From Mobula hypostoma (Eukaryota): DNA of 64,000 nt. Below the pieces are notes generated by a model that saw only the letters and a list, made by a program, of their open reading frames with translations, did not search any database and was not told the DNA's origin. The translations under genes were made by a program, and so were the position numbers. Below are positions 24,701 to 36,700 of the stretch, in pieces; the stretch's first letter is position 1, and each line of letters begins with the position of its first letter. The stretch lies in contig NC_086097.1 in NCBI RefSeq assembly GCF_963921235.1, positions 94,304,001 through 94,368,000 of the forward strand, read 5' to 3'.

Positions 24701-27700
24701 TGTCTGTGTTTGGGTATGGAGTGAGTGTGTGTCTGTGTTTGGGTATGGAGTGAGTGTGTGTTTGGGTATGGAGCGAGTGTGTGTCCGTGTTTGGGTATGG
24801 AGCGAGTGTGTGTCTGTGTTTGGGTATGGAGCGAGTGTGTGTGTGTGTTTGGGCATGGAGTGTGTGTCTGTGTTTGGGTATGGAGCGAGTGTGTGTCCGT
24901 GTTTGGGTATGGAGCGAGTGTGTGTCCGTGTTTGGCTATGGAGTGAGTGTCTGTGTCTGGGTATGGAGCGAGTGTGTGTCTGTGTTTGGGTATGGAGTGA
25001 GTGTGTGTGTGTTTGGGTAAGGAGTGAGTGTGTGTCTGTGTTTGGGTATGGAGTGAGTGTGTGTCTGTGTTTGGGTATGGAGTGAGTGTGTGTTTGGGTA
25101 TGGAGCGAGTGTGTGTCTGTGTTTGGGTATGGAGCGAGTGTGTGTGTGTGTTTGGGTATGGAGTGAGTGTGTGTGTGTTTGGGTATGGAGTGAGTGTGTG
25201 TCTGTGTTTGGGTATGGAGTGAGTGTGTGTGTGTTTGGGTAAGGAGTGAGTGTGTGTGTGTTTGGGTATGGAGTGAGTGTGTGTGTGTTTGGGTATGGAG
25301 TGAGTGTGTGTCTGTGTTTGGGTATGGAGTGAGTGTGTGTCTGTGTTTGGGTATGGAGTGTGTGTGTGTGTGTTTGGGTATGGAGTGAGTGTGTGTGTGT
25401 TTGGGTATGGAGTGAGTGTGTGTGTGTTTGGGTATGGAGTGAGTGTGTGTGTTTGGGTATGGAGTGAGTGTGTGTGTGTTTGGGTATGGAGTGAGTGTGT
25501 GTGTTTGGGTATGGAGCGAGTGTGTGTCCGTGTTTGGGTATGGAGCGAGTGTGTGTCCGTGTTTGGCTATGGAGTGAGTGTCTGTGTCTGGGTATGGAGC
25601 GAGTGTGTGTCTGTGTTTGGGTATGGAGTGAGTGTGTGTGTGTTTGGGTAAGGAGTGAGTGTGTGTCTGTGTTTGGGTATGGAGTGAGTGTGTGTCTGTG
25701 TTTGGGTATGGAGTGAGTGTGTGTTTGGGTATGGAGCAAGTGTGTGTCCGTGTTTGGGTATGGAGCGAGTGTGTGTCTGTGTTTGGGTATGGAGCGAGTG
25801 TGTGTGTGTGTTTGGGCATGGAGTTTGTGTCTGTGTTTGGGTATGGAGCGAGTGTGTGTGTGTGTTTGGGCTTGGAGTTTGTGTCTGTGTTTGGGTAAGG
25901 AGTGAGTGTGTGTCTGTGTTTTGGTATGGAGTGAGTGTGTGTCTGTGTTTGGGTATGGAGTGAGTGTGTGTTTGGGTATGGAGCAAGTGTGTGTCCGTGT
26001 TTGGGTATGGAGTGAGTGTGTGTGTTTGGGTATGGAGTGAGTGTGTGTCTGTGTTTGGGTATGGAGTGAGTGTGTGTCTGTGTTTGGGTATGGAGTGAGT
26101 GTGTGTTTGGGTATGGAGTGAGTGTGTGTTTGGGTATGGAGCAAGTGTGTGTCCGTGTTTGGGTATGGAGCGAGTGTGTGTCTGTGTTTGGGTATGGAGC
26201 GAGTGTGTGTGTGTGTTTGGGTATGGAGTGAGTGTGTGTGTGTTTGGGTATGGAGTGAGTGTGTGTCTGTGTTTGGGTATGGAGTGAGTGTGTGTGTGTT
26301 TGGGTACGGAGCGAGTGTGTGTCTGTGTTTGGGTACGGAGTGAGTGTGTGTTTGGGTATGGAGCGAGTGTGTGTCCGTGTTTGGGTATGGAACGAGTGTG
26401 TGTCTGTGTTTGGGTATGGAGTGAGTGTGTGTGTGTGTTTGGGTATGGAGTGAGTGTCTGTGTTTGGGTATGGAGTGAGTGTGTGTCCGTGTTTGGGTAT
26501 GGAGTGAGTGTGTGTCTGTGTTTGGGTATGGAGTGAGTGTCTGTGTTTGGGTACGGAGCGAGTGTGTGTCTGTGTTTGGGTACGGAGTGAGTGTGTGTCC
26601 GTGTTTGGGTATGGAGTGAGTGTGTGTCCGTGTTTGGGTATGGAGTGAGTGTGTGTGTGTTTGGGTAAGGAGTGAGTGTGTGTCTGTGTTTGGGTATGGA
26701 GTGAGTGTGTGTCTGTGTTTGGGTATGGAGTGAGTGTGTGTGTGTTTGGGTATGGAGTGAGTGTGTGTGTGTTTGGGTATGGAGTGAGTGTGTGTGTGTT
26801 TGGGTATGGAGTGAGTGTGTGTCTGTGTTTGGGTATGGAGTGAGTGTGTGTCTGTGTTTGGGTATGGAGTGAGTGTGTGTTTGGGTATGGAGCAAGTGTG
26901 TGTCCGTGTTTGGGTATGGAGCGAGTGTGTGTCTGTGTTTGGGTATGGAGAGAGTGTGTGTGTGTGTTTGGGTATGGAGTGAGTGTGTGTGTGTTTGGGT
27001 ATGGAGTGAGTGTGTGTCTGTGTTTGGGTATGGAGTGAGTGTGTGTGTGTTTGGGTACGGAGCGAGTGTGTGTCTGTGTTTGGGTACGGAGTGAGTGTGT
27101 GTTTGGGTATGGAGCGAGTGTGTGTCCGTGTTTGGGTATGGAACGAGTGTGTGTCTGTGTTTGGGTATGGAGTGAGTGTGTGTCTGTGTTTGGGTATGGA
27201 GTGAGTGTCTGTGTTTGGGTATGGAGTGAGTGTGTGTCCGTGTTTGGGTATGGAGTGAGTGTGTGTCTGTGTTTGGGTATGGAGTGAGTGTGTGTGTGTT
27301 TGGGTATGGAGTGAGTGTGTGTCTGTGTTTGGGTACGGAGTGAGTGTGTGTTTGGGTATGGAGAGTGAGTGTGTGTCTGGGTATGGAGCGAGTGTGTGTC
27401 TGTGTTTGGGTATGGAGTGAGTGTGTGTCCGTGTTTGGGTATGGAGTGAGTGTGTGTCCGTGTTTGGGTATGGAGTGAGTGTGTGTCTGTGTTTGGGTAT
27501 GGAGTGAGTGTGTGTGCGTGTTTGGGTATGGAGTGAGTGTGTGTGTGTTTGGGTATGGAGTGAGTGTGTGTCTGTGTTTGGGTATGGAGTGAGTGTGTGT
27601 CTGTGTTTGGGTATGGAGTGAGTGTGTGTCTGTGTTTGGGTATGGAGTGAGTGTGTGTGTGTTTGGGTATGGAGTGAGTGTGTGTGTGTTTGGGTATGGA

Positions 27701-30700
27701 GCGAGTGTGTGTGTGTGTTTGGGTATGGAGTGAGTGTGTGTGTGTTTGGGTATGGAGTGAGTGTGTGTCTGTGTTTGGGTATGGAGTGAGTGTGTGTCTG
27801 TGTTTGGGTATGGAGTGAGTGTGTGTGTGTTTGGGTATGGAGTGAGTGTGTGTGTGTTTGGGTATGGAGTGAGTGTGTGTGTGTTTGGGTATGGAGTGAG
27901 TGTGTGTGTTTGGGTATGGAGTGAGTGTGTGTGTGTTTGGGTATGGAGTGAGTGTGTGTTTGGGTATGGAGTGAGTCTGTGTGTGTGTTTGGGTATGGAG
28001 TGAGTGTGTGTCTGTGTTTGGGTATGGAGTGTGTGTGTGTGTGTTTGGGTATGCAGTAAATCTGTGTTTGGGTATGGAGCGAGTGTGTGTCCGTGTTTGG
28101 GTATGGAGCGAGTGTGTGTCCGTGTTTGGCTATGGAGTGAGTGTCTGTGTCTGGGTATGGAGCGAGTGTGTGTCTGTGTTTGGGTATGGAGTGAGTGTGT
28201 GTGTGTTTGGGTAAGGAGTGAGTGTGTGTCTGTGTTTGGGTATGGAGTGAGTGTGTGTCTGTGTTTGGGTATGGAGTGAGTGTGTGTCTGTGTTTGGGTA
28301 TGGAGTGAGTGTGTGTGTGTTTGGGTATGGAGTGAGTGTGTGTGTGTTTGGGTATGGAGTGAGTGTGTGTTTGGGTATGGAGCAAGTGTGTGTCCGTGTT
28401 TGGGTATGGAGCGAGTGTGTGTCTGTGTTTGGGTATGGAGCGAGTGTGTGTGTGTGTTTGGGTATGGAGTGAGTGTGTGTGTGTTTGGGTATGGAGTGAG
28501 TGTGTGTCTGTGTTTGGGTATGGAGTGAGTGTGTGTGTGTTTGGGTATGGAGCGAGTGTGTGTCCGTGTTTGGCTATGGAGTGAGTGTCTGTGTCTGGGT
28601 ATGGAGCGAGTGTGTGTCTGTGTTTGGGTATGGAGTGAGTGTGTGTGTGTTTGGGTAAGGAGTGAGTGTGTGTCTGTGTTTGGGTATGGAGTGAGTGTGT
28701 GTCTGTGTTTGGGTATGGAGTGAGTGTGTGTGTGTGTTTGGGTATGGAGTGAGTGTGTGTCCGTGTTTGGGTATGGAGTGAGTGTGTGTGTGTTTGGGTA
28801 TGGAGTGAGTGTGTGTGTTTGGGTATGGAGTGAGTGTGTGTGTGTGTTTGGGTATGGAGTGAGTGTGTGTGTGTTTGGGTATGGAGTGAGTGTGTGTGTG
28901 TGTTTGGGTATGGAGTGAGTGTGTGTGTGTTTGGGTATGGAGTGAGTGTGTGTCTGTGTTTGGGTATGGAGTGAGTGTGTGTCTGTGTTTGGGTATGGAG
29001 TGAGTGTGTGTCTGTGTTTGGGTATGGAGTGAGTGTGTGTGTGTTTGGGTATGGAGTGAGTGTGTGTCTGTGTTTGGGTATGGAGTGAGTGTGTGTGTGT
29101 TTGGGTATGGAGTGAGTGTGTGTCTGTGTTTGGGTATGGAGTGAGTGTGTGTCTGTGTTTGGGTATGGAGTGAGTGTGTGTGTTTGGGTATGGAGTGAGT
29201 GTGTGTGTGTGTTTGGGTATGGAGTGAGTGTGTGTGTGTTTGGGTATGGAGTGAGTGTGTGTGTGTTTGGGTATGGAGTGAGTGTGTGTCTGTGTTTGGG
29301 TATGGAGTGTGTGTGTGTGTGTTTGGGTATGGAGTGAGTGTGTGTGTGTTTGGGTATGGAGTGAGTGTGTGTGTGTTTGGGTATGGAGTGAGTGTGTGTG
29401 TTTGGGTATGCAGTGAGTGTGTGTGTTTGGGTATGGAGTGAGTGTGTGTCTGTGTTTGGGTATGGAGTGAGTGTGTGTGTGTTTGGGTATGGAGTGAGTG
29501 TGTGTCTGTGTTTGGGTATGGAGTGAGTGTGTGTCTGTGTTTGGGTATGGAGTGAGTGTGTGTGTGTTTGGGTATGGAGTGAGTGTCTGTGTTTGGGTAT
29601 GGAGTGAGTGTGTGTCTGTGTTTGGGTATGGAGTGAGTGTGTGTCTGTGTTTGGGTATGGAGCGAGTGTGTGTCTGTGTTTGGGTATGGAGTGAGTGTCT
29701 GTGTTTGGGTATGGAGCGAGTGTGTGTCCGTGTTTGGGTATGGAGCGAGTGTGTGTCCGTGTTTGGCTATGGAGTGAGTGTCTGTGTCTGGGTATGGAGC
29801 GAGTGTGTGTCTGTGTTTGGGTATGGAGTGAGTGTGTGTGTGTTTGGGTAAGGAGTGAGTGTGTGTCTGTGTTTGGGTATGGAGTGAGTGTGTGTCTGTG
29901 TTTGGGTATGGAGTGAGTGTGTGTGTGTTTGGGTATGGAGCGAGTGTGTGTCCGTGTTTGGGTAAGGAGTGAGTGTGTGTGTGTTTGGGTATGGAGTGAG
30001 TGTGTGTGTTTGGGTATGGAGTGAGTGTGTGTGTGTGTTTGGGTATGGAGTGAGTGTGTGTGTGTTTGGGTATGGAGTGAGTGTGTGTGTGTGTTTGGGT
30101 ATGGAGTGAGTGTGTGTTTGGGTATGGAGTGAGTGTGTGTGTGTTTGGGTATGGAGTGAGTGTGTGTCTGTGTTTGGGTATGGAGTGAGTGTGTGTCTGT
30201 GTTTGGGTATGGAGTGAGTGTGTGTGTGTTTGGGTATGGAGTGAGTGTGTGTCTGTGTTTGGGTATGGAGTGAGTGTGTGTGTGTTTGGGTATGGAGTGA
30301 GTGTGTGTCTGTGTTTGGGTATGGAGTGAGTGTGTGTGTGTTTGGGTATGGAGTGAGTGTGTGTGTTTGGGTATGGAGTGAGTGTGTGTGTGTGTTTGGG
30401 TATGGAGTGAGTGTGTGTTTGGGTATGGAGTGAGTGTGTGTGTGTTTGGGTATGGAGTGAGTGTGTGTCTGTGTTTGGGTATGGAGTGAGTGTGTGTGTG
30501 TTTGGGTATGGAGTGAGTGTGTGTGTGTTTGGGTATGGAGTGAGTGTGTGTGTGTTTGGGTATGGAGTGAGTGTGTGTGTGTTTGGGTATGGAGTGAGTG
30601 TGTGTGTTTGGGTATGGAGTGAGTGTGTGTCTGTGTTTGGGTATGGAGTGAGTGTGTGTTTGGGTATGGAGCAAGTGTGTGTCCGTGTTTGGGTATGGAG

Positions 30701-33700
30701 CGAGTGTGTGTCTGTGTTTGGGTATGGAGTGAGTGTGTGTCCGTGTTTGGGTATGGAGTGAGTGTGTGTGTGTTTGGGTATGGAGTGAGTGTGTGTGTGT
30801 TTGGGTATGGAGTGAGTGTGTGTCTGTGTTTGGGTATGGAGTGAGTGTGTGTCTGTGTTTGGGTATGGAGTGAGTGTGTGTGTGTTTGGGTATGGAGTGA
30901 GTGTGTGTGTTTGGGTATGGAGTGAGTGTGTGTCTGTGTTTGGGTATGGAGTGAGTGTGTGTCTGTGTTTGGGTATGGAGTGAGTGTGTGTTTGGGTATG
31001 GAGCAAGTGTGTGTCCGTGTTTGGGTATGGAGCGAGTGTGTGTCTGTGTTTGGGTATGGAGTGAGTGTGTGTCCGTGTTTGGGTATGGAGTGAGTGTGTG
31101 TCCGTGTTTGGGTATGGAGTGAGTGTGTGTCCGTGTTTGGGTACGGAGTGAGTGTCTGTGTTTGGGTACGGAGTGAGTGTCTGTGTTTGGGTACGGAGTG
31201 AGTGTGTGTCTGTGTTTGGGTACGGAGTGAGTGTGTGTTTGGGTACGGAGCGAGTGTGTGTCCGTGTTTGGGTATGGAGTGAGTGTGTGTCCGTGTTTGG
31301 GTATGGAGTGAGTGTGTGTCTGTGTTTGGGTATGGAGCGAGTGTGTGTCTGTGTTTGGGTACGGAGTGAGTGTGTGTCCGTGTTTGGGTATGGAGCGAGT
31401 GTGTGTCCGTGTTTGGCTATGGAGTGAGTGTCTGTGTTTGGGTATGGAGCGAGTGTGTGTCCGTGTTTGGGTATGGAGCGAGTGTGTGTCCGTGTTTGGG
31501 TATGGAGTGAGTGTATGTGTCTGGGTATGGAGCGAGTGTGTGTCTGTGTTTGGGTATGGAGTGAGTGTCTGTGTCTGGGTATGGAGCGAGTGTGTGTCTG
31601 TGTTTGGGTATGGAGTGAGTGTGTGTGTGTTTGGGTAAGGAGTGAGTGTGTGTGTTTGGGTATGGAGTGAGTGTGTGTGTGTTTGGGTATGGAGTGAGTG
31701 TGTGTGTGTGTTTGGGTATGGAGTGAGTGTGTGTCTGTGTTTGGGTATGGAGTGTGTGTGTGTGTGTTTGGGTATGGAGTGAGTGTGTGTCTGTGTTTGG
31801 GTATGGAGTGAGTGTGTGTGTGTTTGGGTATGGAGTGAGTGTGTGTGTTTGGGTATGGAGTGAGTGTGTGTGTTTGGGTATGGAGTGAGTGTGTGTCTGT
31901 GTTTGGGTATGGAGTGAGTGTGTGTCTGTGTTTGGGTATGGAGTGAGTGTGTGTTTGGGTATGGAGCGAGTGTGTGTCCGTGTTTGGGTATGGAGCGAGT
32001 GTGTGTCCGTGTTTGGCTATGGAGTGAGTGTCTGTGTCTGGGTATGGAGCGAGTGTGTGTCTGTGTTTGGGTATGGAGTGAGTGTGTGTGTGTTTGGGTA
32101 AGGAGTGAGTGTGTGTCTGTGTTTGGGTATGGAGTGAGTGTGTGTCTGTGTTTGGGTATGGAGTGAGTGTGTGTGTGTTTGGGTATGGAGTGAGTGTGTG
32201 TGTTTGGGTATGGAGTGAGTGTGTGTCTGTGTTTGGGTATGGAGTGAGTGTGTGTGTGTGTTTGGGTATGGAGTGAGTGTGTGTTTGGGTATGGAGCAAG
32301 TGTGTGTCCGTGTTTGGGTATGGAGCGAGTGTGTGTCTGTGTTTGGGTATGGAGCGAGTGTGTGTGTGTGTTTGGGTATGGAGTGAGTGTGTGTCTGTGT
32401 TTGGGTATGGAGTGAGTGTGTGTGTGTTTGGGTACGGAGTGAGTGTGTGTCTGTGTTTGGGTATGGAGTGAGTGTGTGTTTGGGTATGGAGCGAGTGTGT
32501 GTCCGTGTTTGGGTATGGAGCGAGTGTGTGTCTGTGTTTGGGTATGGAGCGAGTGTGTGTGTGTGTTTGGGTATGGAGTGAGTGTGTGTCTGTGTTTGGG
32601 TATGGAGTGAGTGTGTGTGTGTTTGGGTATGGAGTGAGTGTGTGTCTGTGTTTGGGTATGGAGTGAGTGTGTGTCTGTGTTTGGGTATGGAGTGAGTGTG
32701 TGTGTTTGGGTATGGAGTGAGTGTGTGTGTGTTTGGGTATGGAGTGAGTGTGTGTCTGTGTTTGGGTATGGAGTGAGTGTGTGTGTGTTTGGGTATGGAG
32801 TGAGTGTGTGTCCGTGTTTGGGTATGGAGTGAGTGTGTGTCTGTGTTTGGGTATGGAGTGAGTGTGTGTGTGTTTGGGTACGGAGCGAGTGTGTGTCTGT
32901 GTTTGGGTACGGAGTGAGTGTGTGTTTGGGTATGGAGCGAGTGTGTGTCTGTGTTTGGGTATGGAGTGAGTGTGTGTCTGTGTTTGGGTATGGAGTGAGT
33001 GTCTGTGTTTGGGTATGGAGCGAGTGTGTGTCTGTGTTTGGGTATGGAGTGAGTGTGTGTCTGTGTTTGGGTATGGAGTGAGTGTGTGTCTGTGTTTGGG
33101 TATGGAGTGAGTGTGTGTGTGTTTGGGTATGGAGTGAGTGTGTGTGTGTTTGGGTATGGAGTGAGTGTGTGTCTGTGTTTGGGTATGGAGTGAGTGTGTG
33201 TCTGTGTTTGGGTATGGAGTGAGTGTGTGTGTGTTTGGGTATGGAGCGAGTGTGTGTCTGTGTTTGGGTATGGAGCGAGTGTGTGTCTGTGTTTGGGTAT
33301 GGAGCGAGTGTGTGTGTGTGTTTGGGCATGGAGTTTGTGTCTGTGTTTGGGTATGGAGCGAGTGTGTGTCCGTGTTTGGGTATGGAGCGAGTGTGTGTCC
33401 GTGTTTGGCTATGGAGTGAGTGTCTGTGTCTGGGTATGGAGCGAGTGTGTGTCTGTGTTTGGGTATGGAGTGAGTGTGTGTGTGTTTGGGTATGGAGTGA
33501 GTGTGTGTCTGTGTTTGGGTATGGAGTGAGTGTGTGTCTGTGTTTGGGTATGGAGTGAGTGTGTGTTTGGGTATGGAGCAAGTGTGTGTCCGTGTTTGGG
33601 TATGGAGTGAGTGTGTGTCTGTGTTTGGGTATGGAGCGAGTGTGTGTGTGTGTTTGGGTATGGAGCGAGTGTGTGTGTGTGTTTGGGTATGGAGTGAGTG

Positions 33701-36700
33701 TGTGTGTGTTTGGGTATGGAGTGAGTGTGTGTCTGTGTTTGGGTATGGAGTGAGTGTGTGTGTGTTTGGGTATGGAGCGAGTGTGTGTCTGTGTTTGGGT
33801 ACGGAGTGAGTGTGTGTTTGGGTATGGAGCGAGTGTGTGTCTGTGTTTGGGTATGGAGTGAGTGTGTGTGTGTTTGGGTATGGAGTGAGTGTGTGTCTGT
33901 GTTTGGGTATGGAGTGAGTGTCTGTGTTTGGGTATGGAGTGAGTGTGTGTCCGTGTTTGGGTATGGAGTGAGTGTGTGTCTGTGTTTGGGTATGGAGTGA
34001 GTGTCTGTGTTTGGGTATGGAGTGAGTGTGTGTCTGTGTTTGGGTACGGAGTGAGTGTGTGTCCGTGTTTGGGTACGGAGTGAGTGTCTGTGTTTGGGTA
34101 CGGAGTGAGTGTGTGTTTGGGTACGGAGCGAGTGTGTGTCCATGTTTGGGTACGGAGCGAGTGTGTGTCCGTGTTTGGGTATGGAGCGAGTGTGTGTCCG
34201 TGTTTGGGTATGGAGCGAGTGTGTGTCCGTGTTTGGCTATGGAGTGAGTGTCTGTGTCTGGGTATGGAGCGAGTGTGTGTCTGTGTTTGGGTATGGAGTG
34301 AGTGTGTGTGTGTTTGGGTAAGGAGTGAGTGTGTGTCTGTGTTTGGGTATGGAGTGAGTGTGTGTCTGTGTTTGGGTATGGAGTGAGTGTGTGTCTGTGT
34401 TTGGGTATGGAGTGAGTGTGTGTGTTTGGGTATGGAGTGAGTGTGTGTCTGTGTTTGGGTATGGAGTGAGTGTGTGTCTGTGTTTGGGTATGGAGTGAGT
34501 GTGTGTCTGTGTTTGGGTATGGAGTGAGTGTGTGTGTGTTTGGGTACGGAGCGAGTGTGTGTCTGTGTTTGGGTATGGAGCGAGTGTGTGTCTGTGTTTG
34601 GGTATGGAGCGAGTGTGTGTGTGTGTTTGGGCATGGAGTTTGTGTCTGTGTTTGGGTATGGAGCGAGTGTGTGGCCGTGTTTGGGTATGGAGCGAGTGTG
34701 TGTCTGTGTTTGGCTATGGAGTGAGTGTCTGTGTCTGGGTATGGAGCGAGTGTGTGTCTGTGTTTGGGTATGGAGTGAGTGTGTGTGTGTTTGGGTAAGG
34801 AGTGAGTGTGTGTCTGTGTTTGGGTATGGAGTGAGTGTGTGTCTGTGTTTGGGTATGGAGTGAGTGTGTGTTTGGGTATGGAGCGAGTGTGTGTCCGTGT
34901 TTGGAGCAAGTGTGTGTCCGTGTTTGAGTGTGTGTGTGTGGGATGGAGCGAGTGTGTGTCTGTGTTTGGGTATGGAGCGAGTGTGTGTGTGTGTTTGGGT
35001 ATGGAGTGAGTGTGTGTGTGTTTGGGTATGGAGTGAGTGTGTGTCTGTGTTTGGGTATGGAGTGAGTGTGTGTGTGTTTGGGTATGGAGTGAGTGTGTGT
35101 CTGTGTTTGGGTATGGAGTGAGTCTGTGTGTGTTTGGGTAAGGAGTGAGTGTGTGTGTGTTTGGGTATGGAGTGAGTGTGTGTGTGTTTGGGTATGGAGT
35201 GAGTGTGTGTGTGTTTGGGTATGGAGTGAGTGTGTGTCTGTGTTTGGGTATGGAGTGAGTGTGTGTGTGTTTGGGTATGGAGTGAGTGTGTGTGTGTTTG
35301 GGTATGGAGTGAGTGTGTGTCTGTGTTTGGGTATGGAGTGAGTGTGTGTCTGTGTTTGGGTATGGAGTGAGTGTGTGTGTGTTTGGGTATGGAGTGAGTG
35401 TGTGTGTGTTTGGGTATGGAGTGAGTGTGTGTGTGTTTGGGTATGGAGTGAGTGTGTGTGTTTGGGTATGGAGTGAGTGTGTGTGTGTTTGGGTATGGAG
35501 TGAGTGTGTGTGTGTTTGGGTATGGAGTGAGTGTGTGTGTGTTTGGGTATGGAGTGAGTGTGTGTCTGTGTTTGGGTATGGAGTGTGTGTGTGTGTGTTT
35601 GGGTATGGAGTGAGTGTGTGTGTGTTTGGGTATGGAGTGAGTGTGTGTGTGTTTGGGTATGGAGTGAGTGTGTGTCTGTGTTTGGGTATGGAGTGAGTGT
35701 GTGTGTGTTTGGGTATGGAGTGAGTGTGTGTCTGTGTTTGGGTATGGAGTGAGTGTGTGTCTGTGTTTGGGTATGGAGTGAGTGTGTGTTTGGGTATGGA
35801 GCAAGTGTGTGTCCGTGTTTGGGTATGGAGCGAGTGTGTGTCTGTGTTTGGGTATGGAGCGAGTGTGTGTGTGTGTTTGGGTATGGAGTGAGTGTGTGTG
35901 TGTTTGGGTATGGAGTGAGTGTGTGTCTGTGTTTGGGTACGGAGTGAGTGTGTGTGTGTTTGGGTATGGAGCGAGTGTGTGTCTGTGTTTGGGTACGGAG
36001 TGAGTGTGTGTTTGGGTATGGAGCGAGTGTGTGTCCGTGTTTGGGTATGGAGTGAGTGTGTGTCCGTGTTTGGGTATGGAGTGAGTGTCTGTGTTTGGGT
36101 ACGGAGCGAGTGTGTGTCTGTGTTTGGGTATGGAGTGAGTGTGTCTGTGTTTGGGTATGGAGTGAGTGTGTGTCTGTGTTTGGGTATGGAGTGAGTGTGT
36201 GTCTGTGTTTGGGTACGGAGTGAGTGTGTGTGTGTTTGGGTATGGAGTGAGTGTGTGTCTGTGTTTGGGTATGGAGTGAGTGTGTGTGTGTTTGGGTATG
36301 GAGTGAGTGTGTGTCTGTGTTTGGGTATGGAGTGAGTGTGTGTGTGTTTGGGTATGGAGCGAGTGTGTGTCTGTGTTTGGGTATGGAGTGAGTGTGTGTG
36401 TGTTTGGGTATGGAGTGAGTGTGTGTCCGTGTTTGGGTATGGAGTGAGTGTGTGTCTGTGTTTGGGTATGGAGTGAGTGTCTGTGTTTGGGTACGGAGCG
36501 AGTGTGTGTCTGTGTTTGGGTATGGAGTGAGTGTGTGTCCGTGTTTGGGTATGGAGTGAGTGTGTGTCTGTGTTTGGGTATGGAGTGAGTGTGTGTGTGT
36601 TTGGGTATGGAGTGAGTGTGTGTGTGTTTGGGAGCGAGTGTGTGTCCATGTTTGGGTATGGAGTGAGTGTGTGTGTGTTTGGGTAAGGAGTGAGTGTGTG